From contig DATMFR010000060.1 of assembly GCA_035556695.1 (NCBI GenBank), forward strand, positions 84 to 64,083: a DNA stretch of 64,000 nucleotides, read 5' to 3'. Of the stretch, positions 45,578 through 54,370 are shown one piece after another. Position 1 is the first letter of the stretch. Every line of letters starts with the position of its first letter. The position numbers and the translations under genes are program-made. Below the pieces are notes generated by a model that was not told the origin of the DNA, did not search any database, and saw nothing but the letters and a program-made list of their open reading frames with translations. Source of the DNA: Roseomonas sp. (GTDB taxonomy: Bacteria; Pseudomonadota; Alphaproteobacteria; Acetobacterales; Acetobacteraceae).

Positions 45578-46489
45578 ATGCTGACGCGCGTGCGTCCGGG
45601 ACAGGATGGAAGCTGGCAGGCCGTGCTGGGCCAGGCCGCCATGGGCTTCGGCCGTGACGGCTTTCCCGACCGTGCCGCCGCGGAGGACTGGGCGGCGCGC
45701 GCCGGTCTGGCCGCCCGCGAGTGTACCATCCGCATCGGCAGCAAGCGTTTCCTGGGCACCGCCGCCGAAGCGCTCCGCCGCTGGGCGATCGACCAGGGTA
45801 CCCTGCCCCGTGCCGAGGGCGGCACCCAGGTGGCGCCGCTGCAGCGCCTGGCACCACTGCTGGAGGACTCCGACTGCGCCCTTCCTCTGGCCGTGTTGTC
45901 GCCCGAGGATCTCTCGGCCCTGCGCCGCCGACGGCTGGTTGCCCTGCAGGACACCGCCGCCATGCTGGCTGAGCAGGCCGCCATGGCGGCGGCGCTGGAG
46001 CAGTTCCGCGACTTCCACCTGCCGGCGCTGGACGATCCTTTCGGCGAGATTGCGCCGGATGGCTTGTGCGTGCTGGACGAGCCGAGCTGCGCCCAGGCCA
46101 TCGGTTGGGCCGGACAAATGAGCGAGGCCTGGGGGCGCTTCGTCGCCCTGTTGCTGCTCACGGGCGCGCCCGTTCCCACGCTGCTTGGCGCCTGCTGCGG
46201 GCATGCGGATGCACGGAGCGGCCGGCTGCATCTGCCGGGCGGCCCGGTGCTGACGCCGCCACCTGACCTGTTCCCCGCCCCCGCCGCGGCACCCGAAGCG
46301 CCATTGCTGCCTGGTCTGCAGGCGGCGGGAGTGGTCGCTGAGGGAATGCGGGAGATCGGCAGGCGCCTGCAGCGTCCGGGGCTGCGACCGGAGGCGCTGC
46401 AGCTGACGGCGCTGGTGGCCGCCCTGAACCAGGGACAGCACCTGGACGAGATCCTGATCCTTGCGGGTGCCCTGAAGAGGGCACGGTAG
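45578..46489 (+). CDS. tyrosine-recombinase-fold protein lacking catalytic residues
   Basis: integrase-like WQA..FPDRAAAEDWA, AEALRRW, LSPEDLSALRRRRL; catalytic boxes degenerate: LLTGAP (for TGMR), GLRPEALQL (for GLRFHDLRH), LAGA (for SGH); ends before the Tyr. Confidence 0.6.
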   Translation: MLTRVRPGQDGSWQAVLGQAAMGFGRDGFPDRAAAEDWAARAGLAARECTIRIGSKRFLGTAAEALRRWAIDQGTLPRAEGGTQVAPLQRLAPLLEDSDCALPLAVLSPEDLSALRRRRLVALQDTAAMLAEQAAMAAALEQFRDFHLPALDDPFGEIAPDGLCVLDEPSCAQAIGWAGQMSEAWGRFVALLLLTGAPVPTLLGACCGHADARSGRLHLPGGPVLTPPPDLFPAPAAAPEAPLLPGLQAAGVVAEGMREIGRRLQRPGLRPEALQLTALVAALNQGQHLDEILILAGALKRAR

Positions 46490-46513
46490 AGGGCGATTTG
46501 TCGCCACAGATTG

Positions 46514-46546
46514 TGCGAAAAAGTTTGCGGAAAGAGCGCGAAAAAA
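46514..46546 (+). promoter_or_regulatory. three tandem TGCGAAAA-like motifs upstream of bactofilin
   Basis: TGCGAAAAAG (46514), TGCGGAAA (46526), CGCGAAAAAA (46537); about one helical turn apart. Confidence 0.55.
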
Positions 46547-46604
46547 GTAGAAGGGGATGGCGGTGCGGTCCACCTGCACCAGGCCTCCTAGAACGGGATT
46601 GCAC

Positions 46605-47381
46605 ATGAGCTTCTTCGGAAAGCCAAGCGGTGGAGAGCCGCGCATCACTTACGAGCGCATCGACCTCGCGGCCGAACCGCCCGGTGCGCCGGTGGAGCCC
46701 CTGCCTCTAGCCGGCGCACGCAGCCTGGCGGACCGGCTGGAGCCGCGCATCGATCGTGCGAAAACAAATCATGATGCGCCTGCCGAAGCGGGCATGATGC
46801 TGGTGTCTGCCGACAGCGAGGTGGAAGGCGAGCTGCGCAGCCGCGGCGCGGTGCGCGTCGAGGGCGTGCTGCGGGGCAGCCTGCATGCACCCCTGCTGCT
46901 GCTGGAACCGGGTGGGCTGGTGGAGGGCACGGTGCATGTGGAGCGCGCGCGCCTCTGCGGCACCCTGCGCGGCACTCTGATCGCCCGCGAGGTGGAAGTG
47001 GTCCGCACCGCTGCGCTGGACGCCGAACTGGTCTATGACGAGATCAGCATCGAGCGCGGCGCACGCGTGCGCGGCCTGCACCGCCAGCGCGACCCCGAGC
47101 CGGCGGCCGAAGTGGCGCCGGAGGCCCTGGTTCTGCCGGAGGCGGAGGCGGAGGCCGAGGCGGACAGGCCGGATCCGGCGCTGCTGGCCGCTGCGGCGGC
47201 TAGCACGGCGGCGCTGGTGGCAGAGGCGGAGGCAGCCCTTCAGGAGCTCGCGCAGGCCACCCAGGCGGCCGCGGGCGCGGTGACCGAGCTGGCTCAGGAC
47301 GGCATCCAGGATCTGGTCGATCTGGAGGCCGAGCTGCGCGAGACGCCGGAGAAGATGTTGCGCGACCCGCTCGCCGCCTGA
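46605..47381 (+). CDS. bactofilin (polymer-forming cytoskeletal protein)
   Basis: VSADSEVEGEL...VRVEGVLRGSL...GLVEGTV...LCGTLRGTL...AELVYDEISIERGARVRG beta-helix repeats; acidic helical tail. Confidence 0.88.
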   Translation: MSFFGKPSGGEPRITYERIDLAAEPPGAPVEPLPLAGARSLADRLEPRIDRAKTNHDAPAEAGMMLVSADSEVEGELRSRGAVRVEGVLRGSLHAPLLLLEPGGLVEGTVHVERARLCGTLRGTLIAREVEVVRTAALDAELVYDEISIERGARVRGLHRQRDPEPAAEVAPEALVLPEAEAEAEADRPDPALLAAAAASTAALVAEAEAALQELAQATQAAAGAVTELAQDGIQDLVDLEAELRETPEKMLRDPLAA

Positions 47382-47464
47382 CGCCGCCGCGCGCCCTCAG
47401 AAGGCCGGAGACGCCTCGGGCAGCCCCGGGGGGGTCTTCGGCCTCCTCGTTTCCGGCGGACGGT

Positions 47465-47884
47465 TCAGCGGTACAGCGGCGTCAGGCCGGGATAGGGTAT
47501 TTCCGCCAGCCCACGTTCCCGCAGTAGCCGGTTGGCGGCACGCGCCACTTCCTTCGGCCCAGCCTCGAAGCCATCCAGCACATAGTAGCCGTTGCGCAGC
47601 GGCCGCACGCGGTGGCCCAACAGCCCGCAGGCATACTGCAGCGGCGTCATCTCCTCATCCGCCTCCTTGAAGCCGCTGATGAACGGCGACTGCTCGTCAT
47701 CCTTGCTGACGCGGCTCAACACACGCTTGGCCCGGCGCTGCGCATACCAGGGCTCGATCCCGAAGATGCGCGCCAGGCTGTTCACCTCCTCCCCGGCCAG
47801 CAGGCGGCGATCGAACTCGCCGCGCAACTCGACCGCCAGGGCACGGCGGCGGATCTGGTGGCGCCGCTTCGGCCTGGATTCCAT
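47465..47884 (-). CDS. small protein with putative N-terminal HTH
   Basis: RLLAGEEVNSLARIFGIEPWYAQRRAKR resembles an HTH; C-terminal YYVLDG..P..V..AANR.L...G...IPYP. Confidence 0.55.
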   Translation of the reverse strand: MESRPKRRHQIRRRALAVELRGEFDRRLLAGEEVNSLARIFGIEPWYAQRRAKRVLSRVSKDDEQSPFISGFKEADEEMTPLQYACGLLGHRVRPLRNGYYVLDGFEAGPKEVARAANRLLRERGLAEIPYPGLTPLYR

Positions 47885-48008
47885 CGACAGAGCTTCATCC
47901 TCGCCCACGGCGTCGGTTCCTCATTCCCGCATTTCGCGGCTGGGGTCTGCTCCTTCTGGAGACGCAAGGAGCCATCGCTTCTCGAGGCCGGGTTGATGCA
48001 CGATGTTA

Positions 48009-48019
48009 TGCGAAAATTT
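48009..48019 (+). promoter_or_regulatory. TGCGAAAATTT motif upstream of flgJ-flgN
   Basis: 80 bp before flgJ ATG. Confidence 0.55.
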
Positions 48020-48088
48020 GCTGATGGCTCGCTAACATCCAGGGTGAGGCGCAGCGAAACATGCCGCGCCGGGCAAGAAGGCCAACCG

Positions 48089-48352
48089 ATGGAACCTGGA
48101 ACCCTTTCACCCCTGCCGCAGACACGGCAGCTGGCGCGGCAGCTGGAGACGAGTTTTGCGGCCGAACTGCTGCGCGCGGCGCGCCCGCAGCAGAAAGCCA
48201 GTGGCTTCGCCGGGCGCGGCACCGGCGGCGACGCTTTCGACAGCTTCATGGACGAAGCGCTGGGCGCGGCGATGGTGGCCCGGGGCGGGCTGGGCCTGGC
48301 ACCGGCACTGGAGAAGGCGATCGCCGGTCGCAGCCAGGGGGTGCCGCGATGA
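48089..48352 (+). CDS. flgJ: FlgJ-like rod-binding protein (no hydrolase domain)
   Basis: ARQLETSFAAELL..A...GG.G.DAF.SFMDEALG..MV..GGLGLA. Confidence 0.8.
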   Translation: MEPGTLSPLPQTRQLARQLETSFAAELLRAARPQQKASGFAGRGTGGDAFDSFMDEALGAAMVARGGLGLAPALEKAIAGRSQGVPR

Positions 48353-48717
48353 GCGCGCTGCTGGAAGCCGCCGGCCGGCTGCGCATGGTGCTGCTGCGGG
48401 AGGCGGCGGCGGCGCGCCAGGCGATGCTGCCCGAGCTGGTGCAGCTGATCGGCGAGAAGCGTGTGGCGCTCTCCGATCTCGCCGCGGCGGGCATGCCGCA
48501 GAGTGAGGCCGAGCGGCAGGCTGTCGCCGCCATGATGCGCGCGGCGGAGGAGAATGCGCTGGCGCTGGGCGCCGTGGCCGGGGCGCTGGAGGGCGTGCGC
48601 GACCGGCTGCGGCGCGACGTCTCGGAGGCGGCTGACCCGGGCGTCTACGGCCCGGTCGCCGCGCGCCGGCGGCCGCTGCGCCACACTCTCGCAGCGAGTC
48701 TGGATCAGCAGGCGTGA
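48349..48717 (+). CDS. flgN: FlgN-like export chaperone
   Basis: helical 122 aa (L..L..EK..L, A.EN..AL.A...G); position between flgJ and flagellin. Confidence 0.6.
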   Translation: MSALLEAAGRLRMVLLREAAAARQAMLPELVQLIGEKRVALSDLAAAGMPQSEAERQAVAAMMRAAEENALALGAVAGALEGVRDRLRRDVSEAADPGVYGPVAARRRPLRHTLAASLDQQA

Positions 48718-48768
48718 GAGTCACAGGCAACCGGCAATGACATCGGCGCAGTGAGGCACCGATTGGCT

Positions 48769-48780
48769 TGCGAAAAATTT
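48769..48780 (+). promoter_or_regulatory. TGCGAAAAATTT motif upstream of flagellin
   Basis: 122 bp before the flagellin ATG. Confidence 0.6.
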
Positions 48781-48890
48781 TGCCGCGACGCTAGAAATGC
48801 TGGCCGCAGTCGGACCGACCCTGGGCCGTGCGCAGCGAGATCCGCGTCAGAAGGCGCTCCCCAGAACCGGAACCCTTGAAGGGCGCAATT

Positions 48891-51392
48891 ATGGTCAGCT
48901 CGATCCTTACCAATAACGGCGCGATGACGGCGCTGCAGTCGCTGAAGGCGACCCAGAAGAACCTGCTCGACACGCAGAACCGCATCTCCACCGGCCTGAA
49001 GGTGGGCACGGCGAAGGACAATGCGGCGACCTGGGCCGTGGCGACCTCGATGCGCAGCGACATTGCCAACTTCAAGCAGGTCAGCGAGAATCTCTCGGTC
49101 TCCTCCGGCGTGGTGAAGACCGCTTCGACCGGCACCGAACAGATCGCCAGCCTGATCTCCAAGATCCGCGAGCAGGTCACCTCCGTCCAGGACGGCGTGA
49201 AGGACGCCAAGACGGTTCAGGCGACCATCAACGAATATGTCGGCCAGATCCAGGGCATCATCGGCAGCTCGTCCTACAAGGGCGTCAACCTGATCAACAA
49301 CAGCCAGAGCGGCAACACGCAGGTTCTGGCCTCGGTCAATGCCGATGGCGACAAGCTGAACCCCTCCTACATCAGCATCGCCTCGCAGAACCTGACGATG
49401 GAATCCGGTGGCCAGCTCGCCGCCCTGTCCCGCCTGACGGTCGAGCGCGCCGAGAGCAGCTACTCCTATGCGCCGGCGACCGGCACGGTCGCCACCAATG
49501 ACAAGCTGAGCTTCACCTTCAAGGTGAACGGCGTCGAGCGCGTGGCGACCTATGCCGCGAAGGCGGGCGACACCGCCGCCGACATGATGACCGGCCTGAA
49601 GGACGAGATCAACGCGCGGGCCGGCAGCGGCAACGCCTTCGCCGACATTGACGTGAACGGCAAGCTGGTGGTCAAGGCCGGCTCGGCGGCGGATGTGGTG
49701 ACCTTCGATGGCGAGACCGCGCTGAAGAAGGTGACGGGTGCCGGCCTGACGCTGGGCGCCAAGACCGATCTGGCTCCGGCCGCGCCGAAGTACTCCTATG
49801 GCCTGGGCGGCACCGCGCCGGCGGAAGGCGAGGTTTACTCCTTCCAGTTCAAGGTGGATGGCCAGGAGAAGACGGCCGAGTACACTGTCCTCACGGGCGA
49901 CGACGCCGCCGCGGTGATGAAGGGCCTGAAGGACGCGATCAACTACGCGGCCGGCACGGGCAACGAGATCGCCAATGTCGATCCGAACACCGGCAAGCTG
50001 ATGGTGGATGCCTCCCTCAGCGCCAGCGCGATCACCTTCGAGGGTGACAGCGCGCTGAAGGTGAAGTCCGACCTGGATGGCGCTGTCTCCGTCATGGCGC
50101 AGTCCTCCGCGACCAAGGCGAGCTTCGACACCGCTGCCTGGGGTGGCAGCGTCACTGCCGGCGACAAGCTGAACTTCACCTTCACGCTCAATGGCGCGAC
50201 GGTGGTCGCTGAGGGTGCGGGCTCCGGTGGTACGGCCGTTGCCATCAAGTCGAGCGCGACCAGCGCGCTGGTGGCCGACATCAACAGCAAGGCCGGCTAC
50301 AACATCGCCTATCTCGACAGCGCTGGTAAGATGGTGGTGGACGCGGGCGTTGCGGGCTCCGCGGTGAGCTTCAATGCCAGCTCGGCGCTGAAGGGCGTTG
50401 ACGCGGACAACAGCACCGCGACGGTTGCCGCCTCCACCGCCGATACCTGGGCCTCGGCCTCTGACTTCCCGCTCTTCACCGCGGGCGACTCGCTGGAGTT
50501 CACCTGGACGGTCAACGGTGCGACTGTCACGGACACGGCCTCGGGTGCTGATGCTGCCACGGCGCTGACCAACCTGGCGACGGCGATGAACGCCCGCCTG
50601 GCCACTGCCGGCATCACTGGCGCCACCATCGACTACGGCACCACCGCGGCGGGTTCGCTGACCGTTGACCTGAGCGGTGCCACGGGCGGTACCGCGACGA
50701 AGGTCGATGCTTCGGCCATGAAGGTCGTGGACAACGACGCCAGTGGCCTCGGTGGCATCAGCGGCACGGCCGTCGCCGTGGCGAACAAGAGCATCGTCTA
50801 CACGGCCAACGATGCCGACCGCCTGGACAAGCTCTCCCTGGTGATGACCTCCGGCGGCACCAGCCCGGTCGAGGTGACACGTCAGGCGGGCGAGACCAAC
50901 AAGGAGATGCTGGTGCGCTTCGCCGCCGCCATCAACAGCGCCTCCACCGATGCGAAGGACATCGCCTTCATCGACAAGGAAGGCAGTCTGGTGATCGATG
51001 CCGACCGCGCCACCACCACGGCGGTTGCGATCAACCGGACTTCTGCGCTCACGGTGACCAGCGCCACCACCGCCGGCGCCAGCACCAAGGAGACCCCCGC
51101 CTCCAGCACCGACTACTCGGACCTGCTGGCGACGCTGAAGACGGTGGAGACCTCGGTGCTCGCCGCCGGTGCCGCCTTCGGCGCGGCGCAGACCCGCATC
51201 GACCTGCAGAAGGACTTCATGGACAAGCTGGTCGACACCCTGACCAGCGGCGTCGGCGCCCTGGTGGATGCCGACATGTCCGAGGAGGCTGCCCGCCTGC
51301 AGGCCCTGCAGGTGCAGGAGCAGCTCGGCACCCAGGCGCTCTCGATCGCCAACCAGGCGCCGCAGAGCATCCTGTCGCTGTTCCGCGGCTGA
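48891..51392 (+). CDS. fliC: flagellin, 833 aa, with five internal repeats
   Basis: SILTNNGAMTALQSL, RISTGLKV..AKDNAA.W; C-terminal GVGALVDADMSEEAARLQALQVQEQLGTQALSIANQAPQSILSLFR. Confidence 0.96.
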   Translation: MVSSILTNNGAMTALQSLKATQKNLLDTQNRISTGLKVGTAKDNAATWAVATSMRSDIANFKQVSENLSVSSGVVKTASTGTEQIASLISKIREQVTSVQDGVKDAKTVQATINEYVGQIQGIIGSSSYKGVNLINNSQSGNTQVLASVNADGDKLNPSYISIASQNLTMESGGQLAALSRLTVERAESSYSYAPATGTVATNDKLSFTFKVNGVERVATYAAKAGDTAADMMTGLKDEINARAGSGNAFADIDVNGKLVVKAGSAADVVTFDGETALKKVTGAGLTLGAKTDLAPAAPKYSYGLGGTAPAEGEVYSFQFKVDGQEKTAEYTVLTGDDAAAVMKGLKDAINYAAGTGNEIANVDPNTGKLMVDASLSASAITFEGDSALKVKSDLDGAVSVMAQSSATKASFDTAAWGGSVTAGDKLNFTFTLNGATVVAEGAGSGGTAVAIKSSATSALVADINSKAGYNIAYLDSAGKMVVDAGVAGSAVSFNASSALKGVDADNSTATVAASTADTWASASDFPLFTAGDSLEFTWTVNGATVTDTASGADAATALTNLATAMNARLATAGITGATIDYGTTAAGSLTVDLSGATGGTATKVDASAMKVVDNDASGLGGISGTAVAVANKSIVYTANDADRLDKLSLVMTSGGTSPVEVTRQAGETNKEMLVRFAAAINSASTDAKDIAFIDKEGSLVIDADRATTTAVAINRTSALTVTSATTAGASTKETPASSTDYSDLLATLKTVETSVLAAGAAFGAAQTRIDLQKDFMDKLVDTLTSGVGALVDADMSEEAARLQALQVQEQLGTQALSIANQAPQSILSLFRG

Positions 51393-51534
51393 TCCCGACG
51401 GGGGCGCGGCCGGTGCCGCGCCCTCCCCGAGGAGGTGGCCCTGGCCGCGCGGCCGGGGCCATCGCCCGAAGCCCTGCCCAAGGCACCCGCGCCCGGCCGC
51501 GCAACCGGCCCAGCCGTGACTGAGGAAGAATCCA

Positions 51535-51960
51535 ATGCTGAGCGTCGTCCAGGAATCCCCCTCGCCCGCGCCCCTCATGCGGCCCCGCGGCATCGCCGCC
51601 GCCTACAGCTCCGTCATCCGTGGCACCGAAGACCCGCGCGAGATCGAGTACCGCGTGCTGGCCCGCGCCACTGCTCTGCTGGAAGGCGCCGGCCTGCCGA
51701 ATGCCGGCCCTGCCGACCTGCCCACCGCCATCCATGAGAACCGCATGGTCTGGACCGCCTTCGCGGCCGATCTGGCGGCGCCGGAGAATGGCTGGGAGGC
51801 GGCGACGAAGGCCCGCCTGCTGTCCCTGGCCCGCTGGATCTTCGCCGAAAGCGACCGCGTGATCCGCGAGAACAGGCCGCTGCATGCGCTGATCGATGTC
51901 AACCGCGCCGTCATGACCGGCCTGAAGCCCGGCACTGTCGCGCAGCCGGAAGCCAGCTGA
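51535..51960 (+). CDS. flaF: flagellar biosynthesis regulator FlaF
   Basis: PREIEY, AIHENR.VW..F..DL..PEN, LLSLA.W, LIDVNRAVM.GL. Confidence 0.9.
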   Translation: MLSVVQESPSPAPLMRPRGIAAAYSSVIRGTEDPREIEYRVLARATALLEGAGLPNAGPADLPTAIHENRMVWTAFAADLAAPENGWEAATKARLLSLARWIFAESDRVIRENRPLHALIDVNRAVMTGLKPGTVAQPEAS

Positions 51961-52469
51961 TGTCCCTGATCCTGAAGCTCGCCCCCGGTGAGCGCCTGTT
52001 CATCAACGGCGCCGTGGTCACCAATGGCGACCGCCGTGCCTATCTGATGGTGGAAACCCGCGCGCAGATCGTCCGGGAAAAGGACGTGATGCTGCCGGAG
52101 GATGCCGTCACCCCGGTGCGCCGCGCCTATTTCGCCGCACAAAGCGTGCTGCTGAACGCGCAGCCCGCGCTTGGCTCGATGGAGGCCTTCCACGAGCAGA
52201 TGGCGCGGCTGCGCACCGTCTTCATCAAGCGCGAGCATGTGCAGCAGCTTGACGAGGCGGAGCAGCACATGCGCGAGGGCAACACCTACCGCGCCCTCTC
52301 GGCGCTGCGCGACCTGGTGCTGTACGAATCCGCGCTGCTCGACATGGAGCCGCCCCAGCGCTTCCGGCGCAACGGTTCCGTGCCACGCGCCGAGGCCGCC
52401 GAGGAGATGCCGGTGCGGAGCAGCACGCTGCGTCTGCCGCCCAGCCGGAGTGAGGCACATACGGGCTGA
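51960..52469 (+). CDS. flbT: flagellar biosynthesis repressor FlbT
   Basis: LILKLAPGERLFINGAVVTNGDRR, REKDVMLPEDA.TP.RR.YF, Y.ALSALRDL..YE. Confidence 0.92.
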   Translation: MSLILKLAPGERLFINGAVVTNGDRRAYLMVETRAQIVREKDVMLPEDAVTPVRRAYFAAQSVLLNAQPALGSMEAFHEQMARLRTVFIKREHVQQLDEAEQHMREGNTYRALSALRDLVLYESALLDMEPPQRFRRNGSVPRAEAAEEMPVRSSTLRLPPSRSEAHTG

Positions 52470-52551
52470 CGCGGCAGCTTCAGTCCGCGCCAGAAACGGA
52501 TCGAGCCAGAATCCCATCCCCCCCGATGCGAAAGGCAAGGAACCCCCGCCG

Positions 52552-52863
52552 ATGATCGATCCCACTCCGGCGCTGAAGCCGCGCCATGGTGGCGCCGAGG
52601 CGTCCGCCACGCCCGCCGCGCGCCCCGAGGCGGAGGATCCCAAGGCGCCCGCCCGTCCCGGCGAGGTGCAGACCGCGGAACGGCAGAAGCAGGTCGTCCC
52701 CGCCGGGCCAACCTTCGACGTGCGGCTGGATGGCGAGACCATGCGGCTCTATTCCGAACTGCGCGACCCGGTGACCGATCGCGTGCTGATGCGCCTGCCC
52801 GCCGGCTACGAGCCGGGCAAGGACGAGCCGCCGGCGCCGCCTGGCGCCCCGACCGAAGCATGA
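52552..52863 (+). CDS. flaG: FlaG-like protein
   Basis: low-complexity N-terminus then FDVRLDGETMRLYSELRDPVTDRVLMRLP. Confidence 0.55.
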   Translation: MIDPTPALKPRHGGAEASATPAARPEAEDPKAPARPGEVQTAERQKQVVPAGPTFDVRLDGETMRLYSELRDPVTDRVLMRLPAGYEPGKDEPPAPPGAPTEA

Positions 52864-54326
52864 GCGTCAGCCTTGTCGGCGTCGGGCTGCCGACCGGCAT
52901 GGCCGGCTGGAAGCTGCTGCAGAACAAGACGCCGACGGACTTCAAGGCCTTCAGCAAGGACCCAATCCTGCAGCGCGACCTTGCCTATTTGCGCGAGACG
53001 CTGCCGGGCAAGCTGACCTCGAAGGATCTGCTCGGCGACCGGCGCCTGCAGGAGATGGTGCTGAAAGCCTATGGGCTGGACGCGCAGGTCGGCATGAACG
53101 CGCTGATGGGCAAGGTGCTCGACAGCGACCCCACCGACACCGGCTCGGTCGCCTACCGCATGACGGACAGCCGCTATCGGCAGATCGCCAGCGACTTCAA
53201 CTATGGTGGCCTCTCGGTGCCTGCGGTTCCGGCGGTGCCGAGCACCGCCCGGGTGGCGGTCGAGGGGCTGCGCATCGGGGCGGGCTTCGCCGGCTTCAGC
53301 GGCAGCTTCGGCGGCGTCACCGTGAAGGATCTCTCCCTGCGCGACGTGCAGAGCTATTCGCAGCTCGCCGCGCGCCTGCAATCCGCCTTCCGCGCCGCCG
53401 ATGGCGGCAACGGCGACATCCGTGTCGTGGCCGCCGGGCCAGAGCTGGTCTTCACCGACGCCAAGGCACGCGCGCAGTCCCCCGCCCTCGACTTCACGCC
53501 CGTCGCGGGCAGCTCGGTCACCACGAAGGTGTCCGGGAACACCGTCACGGTCAACGGACCGGTCGCCACGGGCTCGGCCTTCGCCAGCTTCAGCGGCAGC
53601 TTCGCCGGCGTCACCGTGCAGGGCTTGGCGCTGGACGGCGCGGCGAACCTGGCAGCGGTGGCCAGCACGCTGCAATCGGCCTTCCGTGCCGCCGATGGCA
53701 AGCGCAGCGACATCAGCGTCACCGCCGACGGTTCGAAGCTGGTCTTCACGGATGCGAAGGCGCGTAACAACGCGGTCCTGAGCTTCATGCCGGCCATTGG
53801 CAGCCGGGCCAGCGCGACGGTGACCGAGAACACCAGCGGCACCCCGGGCACTGCCGCCCAGGGCGGTCCCAACGTCACCCGCTCGGACTTCGTGGAGCAG
53901 ATTGTCCAGCGCTATACCCAAGCGCGCTTCGAGGAATCCCTCGGAAACACCTCCGAGACGCTGCGCAAGGCGATCTATGCCAAGCGCAGCCTGCCGCAGA
54001 TCACCAGCTGGTACAGCATCATCGCCGACCGCAACCTGGCCGAGGTGGTTCAGTCCACACTTGGCCTGCCGGACAGCTTCGGCCGGCTCGACGTGGACCG
54101 GCAGAAGGAAATCCTGGAGAGCCGCATGTCGCTCTCCGATTTCAAGGATCTGGCGAAGCTCTCGAAGCTGCTCGACCGCTACGTGGCGCAGACCAGCGTG
54201 GCGGAGGCCAAGGCGTTGAGCAGCAGCTCGGGCATCCTGTCGCTGGTGCAGCCGGTGGGCTGGCGGCAGGACAGTTTCTCCGGCGCCAGCGGTGCGGCCC
54301 TGTTCTCCATCCTGGGCAGCCGCTGA
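52860..54326 (+). CDS. DUF1217-family flagellar protein with two inserted repeats
   Basis: LLGDRRL.E.VLKAYGL, MTDSRY, FEE.LG..SETLR.AIYA.R, WYSII.DR.L..VV...LGLP..FGRLDVD.Q. Confidence 0.8.
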   Translation: MSVSLVGVGLPTGMAGWKLLQNKTPTDFKAFSKDPILQRDLAYLRETLPGKLTSKDLLGDRRLQEMVLKAYGLDAQVGMNALMGKVLDSDPTDTGSVAYRMTDSRYRQIASDFNYGGLSVPAVPAVPSTARVAVEGLRIGAGFAGFSGSFGGVTVKDLSLRDVQSYSQLAARLQSAFRAADGGNGDIRVVAAGPELVFTDAKARAQSPALDFTPVAGSSVTTKVSGNTVTVNGPVATGSAFASFSGSFAGVTVQGLALDGAANLAAVASTLQSAFRAADGKRSDISVTADGSKLVFTDAKARNNAVLSFMPAIGSRASATVTENTSGTPGTAAQGGPNVTRSDFVEQIVQRYTQARFEESLGNTSETLRKAIYAKRSLPQITSWYSIIADRNLAEVVQSTLGLPDSFGRLDVDRQKEILESRMSLSDFKDLAKLSKLLDRYVAQTSVAEAKALSSSSGILSLVQPVGWRQDSFSGASGAALFSILGSR

Positions 54327-54370
54327 CGGGCGTATTCCCGGGGTGTGGGTGCCCCCGGGAAGCGCCCGCC

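Noticed and set aside
42834-47884. Prophage or IS interpretation of the embedded block
   Set aside because: No structural phage genes, transposase, terminal inverted repeats or att-like direct repeats; the integrase-like gene is catalytically dead
48705-51593. 962-aa minus-strand ORF
   Set aside because: Antisense shadow of the flagellin
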